From contig CAVXGR010000015.1 of NCBI GenBank assembly GCA_963761335.1, positions 256,001 through 320,000 on the forward strand: a stretch of DNA of 64,000 bases. Reading direction: 5' to 3'. The notes under the pieces were generated by a model that saw only the letters and a list, made by a program, of their open reading frames with translations, was not told the origin of the DNA and did not search any database. The position numbers and the translations under genes are program-made. The first letter of the stretch is position 1. Each line of letters begins with the position of its first letter. Below, piece by piece: positions 58,120 through 64,000 of the stretch. The stretch comes from an uncultured delta proteobacterium (GTDB lineage Bacteria > Desulfobacterota > Binatia > HRBIN30 > BPIQ01).

Positions 58120-59103
58120 ATGAAGGGTAGACAGAACGAGGCGCCCAGACTGGGTCGCAGCGACATCGTCCGCTATTACGAGGAGTGCGAACAGGACTAT
58201 CGCATCGCCTGGGATCTCAACTCCAGCCTCGCCATGCACGTCGGCTACTGGGACTGGGGCACCTGGAGCCTTCGCGCTGCCCTGCGGCGGCAGAACGAGG
58301 TCATGGTCGAGTTCGGCGGTATCCGTCCCGGCGACACGGTGCTCGATGCCGGCTGCGGTGTGGGCGGCAGCTCGATCTATCTCGCCAAGACTCTCGATTG
58401 CGAGGTCACCGGTATCACCCTGAGCCGCCGCCAGGTCGAGCGGGCCCGCGCCAACGCGCGCGCCCACCGGGTGGCGCGGCGCGCGCGCTTCGCGCGGATG
58501 GACTACTGCAACACCTCGTTTCCCGCGGAGTCGTTCGACGTCGTCTGGGCACTGGAGAGCATGTGTTACGCCCCCGACAAGGCGGCCTTTGCACGCGAGG
58601 CCTTCCGTGTGCTCAAGCCGGGTGGCCGCCTGGTGGTCGCCGACGGCTTCAACACGCGCACGCGCTACACGCCCGAGGAGAGGGAGCTGCTCGACCGATG
58701 GCTGCGCGCCTGGGCCGTCGACCATCTGGTGACCTGCGCGGACATGCGCCGCGGGCTGCGCGCCGCCGGCTTCGGGCGGGTGCGCTTCGTCGATGTCATG
58801 GACGCGGTCATCCCCTCGGCGCGCTTGATGTATCTGCGTTCGCTGCTGGCGCTGCCGGTAGCCCATTCGATGCGCTGGCTGGGGCTGCGCAGCGAATGGC
58901 AGCAGCGCAACATTGCCGGCGGCTGTCACCAGTATCACGTCTGGAGGCGCAATCTGGCGCGATACGCGATGTTCTGCGCGGTGAAGTCGAAGCGCGCCCC
59001 GCGGTCGATGTCGCTGCCGGGTTCTCTGCGCCTTGCGCGCCGCCGCCCCGGCCTCCCGGCTGCTGGCGCGGCGCTCGCCGAGGCTCCGCCGCTGCTGCAA
59101 TGA
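58120..59103 (+). CDS. Class I SAM-dependent methyltransferase (tocopherol/sterol-methyltransferase-like)
   Basis: AMHVGYWD, VLDAGCGVGGS, GITLS, SFDVVWALES, RVLKPGGRL; AGGAGG upstream. Confidence 0.88.
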   Translation: MKGRQNEAPRLGRSDIVRYYEECEQDYRIAWDLNSSLAMHVGYWDWGTWSLRAALRRQNEVMVEFGGIRPGDTVLDAGCGVGGSSIYLAKTLDCEVTGITLSRRQVERARANARAHRVARRARFARMDYCNTSFPAESFDVVWALESMCYAPDKAAFAREAFRVLKPGGRLVVADGFNTRTRYTPEERELLDRWLRAWAVDHLVTCADMRRGLRAAGFGRVRFVDVMDAVIPSARLMYLRSLLALPVAHSMRWLGLRSEWQQRNIAGGCHQYHVWRRNLARYAMFCAVKSKRAPRSMSLPGSLRLARRRPGLPAAGAALAEAPPLLQ

Positions 59104-59124
59104 GGCGGCTCTTTCGGCGCGGCG

Positions 59125-60711
59125 TCAACTCTCGTCGGAGTGGGGGCGGAGACCGTACTTCTTCAGCTTCTCGCGCAGGGCGCCGCGGGTGATGCCGATC
59201 GCCCGGGCCGTGGCGGAAACGTTCCCCTCGTTCTGCCGGAGGGCCGCGGCGAAATAGCGCCCCTCGAACTCCTCCCGTGCGGCTCGCAGAGGCAGGAGGG
59301 GAGTGGCGCCATTGCCGTCCGCGCCCGCGAAGACGGCGGTCGCCGCCGCCGTTTGCCCCGCGGCGGCCGGCGCCGCGGTCAGGCGCGGCAACTGCTCGGG
59401 CGAGATCAACTCGCCCTCGGGGGTGAGCAGGGCGGCGCGCTCCACGACGTTCTGCAGCTCGCGGATGTTGCCGGGCCACGAATACTGTTCGAGCACGTCC
59501 ATGGCGGCGCTGCTGAACCCGGGCACGGATTTGGACAGACGGGCGCAGTTCTCCTTCAGGAAGTGGCGCGCCATTAGGGGTATGTCCTCACGTCGCTGGC
59601 GCAGCGGGGGAAGTGCGATCGGATAAACGTGGATTCGATAGTAGAGATCGGCGCGGAATGTGCCGTCGGTCACGGCCCGCTCGAGGTTGGCATTGGTTGC
59701 GGAGATCACCCGTACGTCGACCTTCCTCGGGGTGCGCTCTCCAACCGGAATGATCTCGCCATTCTGGAGCACCCGCAGCAGCTTTGTCTGCATGGCCGGG
59801 CTCATCTCGCCGACTTCATCGAGGAAGATCGTGCCGCCGCTGGCAACCTCGAAATACCCCTTGCGGTCCTCGAGGGCGCCGGTGAAGGCGCCGCGGCGAT
59901 GGCCGAATAGCTCGGTCTCCAGCAGCTGCTCGGAAAAGGCGGCGCAGTTGACGGCGATGAAGGGCTCGTCGCGACGCGGTCCGTTGAAGTGGATGGCACG
60001 CGCGATCAGCTCTTTGCCGGTCCCGGTCTCACCCTGCAGCAGGACGGTCACCGGCGCCGAGATGGCACTTTCCAGGAGCGCGAAGACGCGCTCCATCTCG
60101 GCGCTGGAGCCGATGATGTCGGCAAAGCGGCCGCGGCGCGCCACCTCGCGGCGCAGGATCGCCACCTGGTCGCGCAGAGACTCCGTCTTGGCCTGCATCG
60201 CCTCGAAGCGGCGCGCGTTGTCGATCGCCGTGGTGATGCTCGGCGCCAGCGCCTGGAGGAGGGTCAGGTCCTCGGCGCTGAAGACGTCGGGGCGCGCGCT
60301 GCGGACCTGGATCACACCGAACACCTTGCCGTGGAGAATCAGGGGCGCGCTCAGCAGGGAGCGGGTCTGCATCCCCGTCTCCCGGTCCACCGCCCCGTAC
60401 CAGCGCGGATCACTGGCGGCGTCGGCGACGCGATCGGCGGTGCCGTGGTGCACGACCCACCCGGCGATTCCCTGGTCGAGCGGCACGCGCATGTCGGCGA
60501 GCGTGGCGTCGACGTCGGGACTGGCCTCGGCGGTATAGGGGAAATAGAGATCGCCTCGCGTCTCGTCGAGGAGAAGGACGGCGCCGCCGTCGCCGTCCAC
60601 CAGCTCCTTCGACTTGCGGATTACCAGCTGCACGACCTCGTTGAGGCTGTTGAGCTCGCTCCATGAGGAGCTGGCGTCCAGAACGACCTCGAGCGGCAGG
60701 TTTTTCGGCAT
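59125..60711 (-). CDS. GAF-domain sigma54-dependent transcriptional activator (NifA/FhlA-like architecture)
   Basis: GAF region, GETGTGKE, GAFTGA, FLDEVG, WPGNIREL, Fis-type HTH. Confidence 0.95.
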   Translation of the reverse strand: MPKNLPLEVVLDASSSWSELNSLNEVVQLVIRKSKELVDGDGGAVLLLDETRGDLYFPYTAEASPDVDATLADMRVPLDQGIAGWVVHHGTADRVADAASDPRWYGAVDRETGMQTRSLLSAPLILHGKVFGVIQVRSARPDVFSAEDLTLLQALAPSITTAIDNARRFEAMQAKTESLRDQVAILRREVARRGRFADIIGSSAEMERVFALLESAISAPVTVLLQGETGTGKELIARAIHFNGPRRDEPFIAVNCAAFSEQLLETELFGHRRGAFTGALEDRKGYFEVASGGTIFLDEVGEMSPAMQTKLLRVLQNGEIIPVGERTPRKVDVRVISATNANLERAVTDGTFRADLYYRIHVYPIALPPLRQRREDIPLMARHFLKENCARLSKSVPGFSSAAMDVLEQYSWPGNIRELQNVVERAALLTPEGELISPEQLPRLTAAPAAAGQTAAATAVFAGADGNGATPLLPLRAAREEFEGRYFAAALRQNEGNVSATARAIGITRGALREKLKKYGLRPHSDES

Positions 60712-60874
60712 GGCGGGATCGCGGCGGCGGTGTACGAGAAGTGCCTCTGCATATGAGGACTTCCACTCCGGACTGTCAAGTCGAAGGGTCGTCGCCGACC
60801 TTCGCCGCCTCTCGACCCGTCCCACGTCTCGGAATCGCGCTTGTAACTTCGCCGGCCGGCCACGGCGGATCCCC

Positions 60875-60890
60875 TGGCACGGGGCCTGCG
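60875..60890 (+). promoter_or_regulatory. Sigma54 (-24/-12) promoter divergent from the activator
   Basis: TGGCACGGGGCCTGCG, exact GG-N10-GC spacing. Confidence 0.7.
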
Positions 60891-60899
60891 CCACTCCCG

Positions 60900-61105
60900 G
60901 GGGTCCGCAGGGACCTAGTAGCCATCGACTTCCCCATCTTCCGAGGCCTGATGCCATATTGGGTGTCGGGGGAAAACGGCGTTGTCACGCCAAAGCAGGC
61001 TACTCACCCACGATCTGTCTCTCGCGACCCCTTCTTACCAACAACCAACAACGCAACAACCTAACAACCTTCGGCGGTGCCGTTGGTTCGACTCGTTGGG
61101 CAAGC
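60900..61105 (+). other. Candidate sigma54-dependent small RNA or 37-aa small ORF (60951-61064)
   Basis: Only about 200 nt lie between the promoter and the convergent gene end; four AACAAC motifs at 61040-61068. Confidence 0.35.
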
Positions 61106-61108
61106 GGG

Positions 61109-63256
61109 CTACTGGGGCACGAGCCGGCCGCCGTAGCGCAGGACTTCGCCGAGCCAGCGGAAGCCGAGCGAGACCCGCACCTGGATGGCGCCGTCGCACG
61201 CCTGCGCCTCGACCTCGACCTGCGGCGCGATGACGGTTGGCACCGGCGCGCGGAGCAGGGCGGCGCCCACCTGCCGGAAGTGCAGAGCGCCGTCCTCTTC
61301 GACGAGTGCGAAGGTGAACCGCCAGGGGCCGTAGTCCACGGCGAGGTTGTCGCCGTCGGCGCTGTGTTGCGTGATGAGAACCCATCTCCCGAGGACCTGC
61401 ATCCAGTGCTCGCGGCCGCCGGCGGTGACGACCTTCAGTCGGGTGTCGATTTGACCCGAAGCACCGGCGAGCCGCAGGCCCTTGGCCAGCAGGCGCGGCA
61501 GCAGGGTATTGCCGTCCTCCAGTGAGGTCGTGCCGGCGGCGCGGCGCTCGTCTGCTTGCCCCAGAAAGACGCGCAAGCCGGGGGCGAGACGGTTGATCTC
61601 GGCCCCGAGAACCTCGCGGTAGACAGTCGGGACGGGCGTGGTCCACGCCGACCAGGGGGCGCCGCCGGCCTTCTCCGCCTCTCGCAAGGCCCCCAACCGC
61701 CAGTCGCGATGCAGCAGCGGCGGCAACAGCATCTGCTGGGCGCGCCGGCTGGTCTCGGCATCGAGCTTGCGAAACTGTTCCCGAACCGTTCCCCGGTGAC
61801 GGACGGCCGCAAACTTTTCGGCGTTCTTCCACGCCGCTGCCGCCGACTCCATCGGCTCGAAGCCGCTCAGCAACGCCTTCAGCGCCTCGTCGACGTCGAT
61901 TGCCCGCAGGCTGCGACGGTAGCGCATCGCCGTGGATGCGAGCGCCGAATCGACGCAATCGGCAATGATCTTCACCAGCCTCGCGTAATCGGTGCTGTAG
62001 CGATCGGGGTTGCGGCGGTAGAAGCCCTCGCGAAACAGGGCAATCGCCATGTCGTGCACCAGGTGCGCGTTGATGCCGAGGGCCGCGAGCTGCGGGGCGA
62101 CCACGTCGTCGCGTTCCGTCGCCGCCTCGAAGCTGATCAGCCAGCTTGCGGGAACGAGGTCGAGGGTGTGGGCGCGATAGGCTCTGAGGGCATTCAGATA
62201 CAGGTGCGCGCACTGTCTCTGCAGGCTCGCGGCCCAGTTGCGGTTCTCGATTTCGCGGCGGGCAAACGCCTGCTGCAGCTCGACCAGGGTGGCGCGGTAC
62301 ACCGCCGCGTACACGGCCAGCCGATTGCCTTCCCTGTCGAGGTCGTCGATCGTCGCTGCGAGCTCGCGAATCGGCGCGGCGAGGGAAGCGCCGGCTGGAC
62401 CTGCCGCCGCAGGTGCCACTGCCGTTGCCGCGGCGCTGTCGGGTTTCTGGCCGTCGACGCCGCTTCTCACCCACACCGACTCGAGCCATTGCAGCAGCGA
62501 GATCGCGGCCGGCGCCGTGTGATTGATGTTGAGGACCAGGCGGGCCAGAGCGGCGGCCTCACGCTCGACCTCGGCGGGTGTCTTGGTGCCGGCCGCCAGG
62601 CCGACGCCCGATTCCCAGGAGTGCTGGCGGGCGCGCTGCAGAGCGAAGTTGCTCAGCTGCTCGTCGAAGGCGCCACCCATCCGATCGAGGAGATCGATGT
62701 ATGAGCCGTAGCGTTCGCTGAGGTGCTTCTGGACCGGATCGGTGGTGGCGGCGAGGGCGTCATTCACGGCGGTGTGGTCCGCGAGGCGCATCTCGGCCGG
62801 TTCGACGCCGACCTTTGCCAGAGACATCGGCTGATCGTTGTTGATGTGGGCGTTGATTCCCAGCAGGAGGTCTTCGAGAACCACGGTCTGGCGCTGGGTC
62901 GCCGCATCGAAGGCGATGCGCCATGGCTCCGCGATCGCCGGCTTCTGCGGATTGGCGCGATAGCCCGCCAGGGCGATGCGATAGCGGTTGGCGAATTCGA
63001 CGAGATAGCGTTCGAACCAGTCGGCGTCGCGGAAGTAGCGTCTGGGCTCGCTGCCGGCACGGTCCGCGGCGAGCCGCCGTTGCAGCTCCAGGGTGATGAA
63101 CAGGTAGGCGACCACGAAGGTGCCGAGGCGGCCCGGTGGGGTGAGGCTCGCAAAGGCGTGGTCGAGCTCGGTGAAGGCGCGTGCCACGTCGTCCACCGTG
63201 CGATACTCGGTGTCCAGGTCGACGTGCGCGAGCGCCTCCAGATCTCTTGTCGACAT
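61109..63256 (-). CDS. Tandem DUF5995-like domains fused to a C-terminal DUF4166-like domain
   Basis: Internal duplication (W.I.F.AAT; LGINAHINNDQ / LGINAHLVHDM); C-terminus ending LGEVLRYGGRL. Family names recalled from motifs. Confidence 0.7.
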   Translation of the reverse strand: MSTRDLEALAHVDLDTEYRTVDDVARAFTELDHAFASLTPPGRLGTFVVAYLFITLELQRRLAADRAGSEPRRYFRDADWFERYLVEFANRYRIALAGYRANPQKPAIAEPWRIAFDAATQRQTVVLEDLLLGINAHINNDQPMSLAKVGVEPAEMRLADHTAVNDALAATTDPVQKHLSERYGSYIDLLDRMGGAFDEQLSNFALQRARQHSWESGVGLAAGTKTPAEVEREAAALARLVLNINHTAPAAISLLQWLESVWVRSGVDGQKPDSAAATAVAPAAAGPAGASLAAPIRELAATIDDLDREGNRLAVYAAVYRATLVELQQAFARREIENRNWAASLQRQCAHLYLNALRAYRAHTLDLVPASWLISFEAATERDDVVAPQLAALGINAHLVHDMAIALFREGFYRRNPDRYSTDYARLVKIIADCVDSALASTAMRYRRSLRAIDVDEALKALLSGFEPMESAAAAWKNAEKFAAVRHRGTVREQFRKLDAETSRRAQQMLLPPLLHRDWRLGALREAEKAGGAPWSAWTTPVPTVYREVLGAEINRLAPGLRVFLGQADERRAAGTTSLEDGNTLLPRLLAKGLRLAGASGQIDTRLKVVTAGGREHWMQVLGRWVLITQHSADGDNLAVDYGPWRFTFALVEEDGALHFRQVGAALLRAPVPTVIAPQVEVEAQACDGAIQVRVSLGFRWLGEVLRYGGRLVPQ

Positions 63257-63404
63257 CGCTGTACCTTGCCTTGGTCCCGCCGTTTCGTAGCGGCGGCGGG
63301 TTGTACGCGCAAAGGGAGCCACTTTGCAAGGCGGCGCAGCTCGCCCTTGACCCGCGACGGCAGCTCTGATTAGGGAGCGCCGGCTGATCGGCGGGGGGAC
63401 GCCG

Positions 63405-64000
63405 ATGGGCAGGGAAGAACGTTCAGCGATGAAACCTTCGGCATCGTCCTCGACCAGGCGATCCCGGCGACGCGGTGGTGCGCCGCGGGTGATCGTCATC
63501 GGCGGTGGGCTGGCGGGAATGACGGTTGCCAAGGAGCTCGCCAAGCGCAAGCTCGAGGTGACCATCCTGGAAGCCGGCCCGGCGCTCGGCGGCAAGGCGG
63601 GCTCGAGGCGGCGGGGCGACGCCTGGGAAGATCACGCGTACCACATCTTTCCCGGCTGGTACGGCAACCTGCGAGCGCTGATGCACGAGGTCGGCTGTGA
63701 CCGCAACCTCGTCGATCTGTCCGTGTTCCACACCCTGCGCAAGGGCGACTTCCCGCGTCTGCTCAGCATCCGCGAGGCATCTTCGCTTCCCAACCTGCTG
63801 CGCAACCTGGTCTCCGGATCGCTGCCGGTGCGCGAGAATCTCTTGGCCTATTACTTTCTTCTCGACCTGGCGGCCGCCTCCTTCGACGATCGCGCCTACC
63901 TCGATCGGGTCAGCGCCGCCGGGTTCCTGCGCTCACGCTTCTACGCGATCGAGGCGGCGGCTCTTTCGCTGCACCAGTCGGCGCTGCAGGGCAGCTCGAT
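63405..64000 (+). CDS. FAD-dependent oxidoreductase (carotenoid-desaturase/HpnE/amine-oxidase-like), truncated by the window end
   Basis: Translated by hand: VIVIGGGLAGMTVA, ILEAGPALGGKAGS, EDHAYHIFPGWYGNL. Absent from the ORF track because it has no stop in the window. Confidence 0.85.
   Translation, partial: MGREERSAMKPSASSSTRRSRRRGGAPRVIVIGGGLAGMTVAKELAKRKLEVTILEAGPALGGKAGSRRRGDAWEDHAYHIFPGWYGNLRALMHEVGCDRNLVDLSVFHTLRKGDFPRLLSIREASSLPNLLRNLVSGSLPVRENLLAYYFLLDLAAASFDDRAYLDRVSAAGFLRSRFYAIEAAALSLHQSALQGSS

Noticed and set aside
59125..60711. Calling the activator nifA
   Set aside because: GAF-AAA-HTH architecture is shared by many activators, and no nif genes are in the window.
63300..63325. 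Possible minus-strand sigma54 promoter for the DUF5995-like gene
   Set aside because: GG-N10-GC can be forced, but the flanking consensus (TGGCAC, TTGC register) is poor.

Overview
High-GC Gram-negative bacterial chromosome segment (LptD and Mla present). The dockerin-like and Cys-rich secreted protein families suggest a deltaproteobacterial lineage such as Ca. Binatia; this is inference only. Left to right: an iron module (fur with a probable CTG start, di-haem cytochrome c/FTR1 permease fusion, bfd, bfr, two Fur boxes); three small genes including an exported beta-carbonic anhydrase; a tightly packed argS-SPOR-trpEGDCFBA-folC-lptD run; an FG-GAP lipoprotein divergent from two paralogous secreted proteins of unknown family; a hybrid kinase; ABC transporters; an ATL protein; a TldD/TldE pair; a PQQ dehydrogenase; an alkyl-sulfatase-like hydrolase; orn; mlaFEDAC; YceH and an epoxide-hydrolase-like gene. 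From about 46 kb to the window end lies an accessory locus I cannot assign to a known pathway. It has two tandem fusions of an acetoacetate-decarboxylase-like (Schiff-base Lys) domain to an FAD oxidoreductase, a soluble-adenylyl-cyclase-like STAND/TPR protein with altered catalytic motifs, a SAM methyltransferase behind a sigma54-type promoter, and a GAF-sigma54 activator facing an orphan sigma54 promoter that could drive an AACAAC-rich small RNA or peptide. It ends with a tandem DUF5995-like/DUF4166-like protein and a third FAD oxidoreductase cut by the window edge. Several REP-like palindrome families and a 28-bp tandem array occur between genes. No rRNA, tRNA, CRISPR array or transposase was recognised. 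Family assignments come from motifs read by eye, not from database searches.
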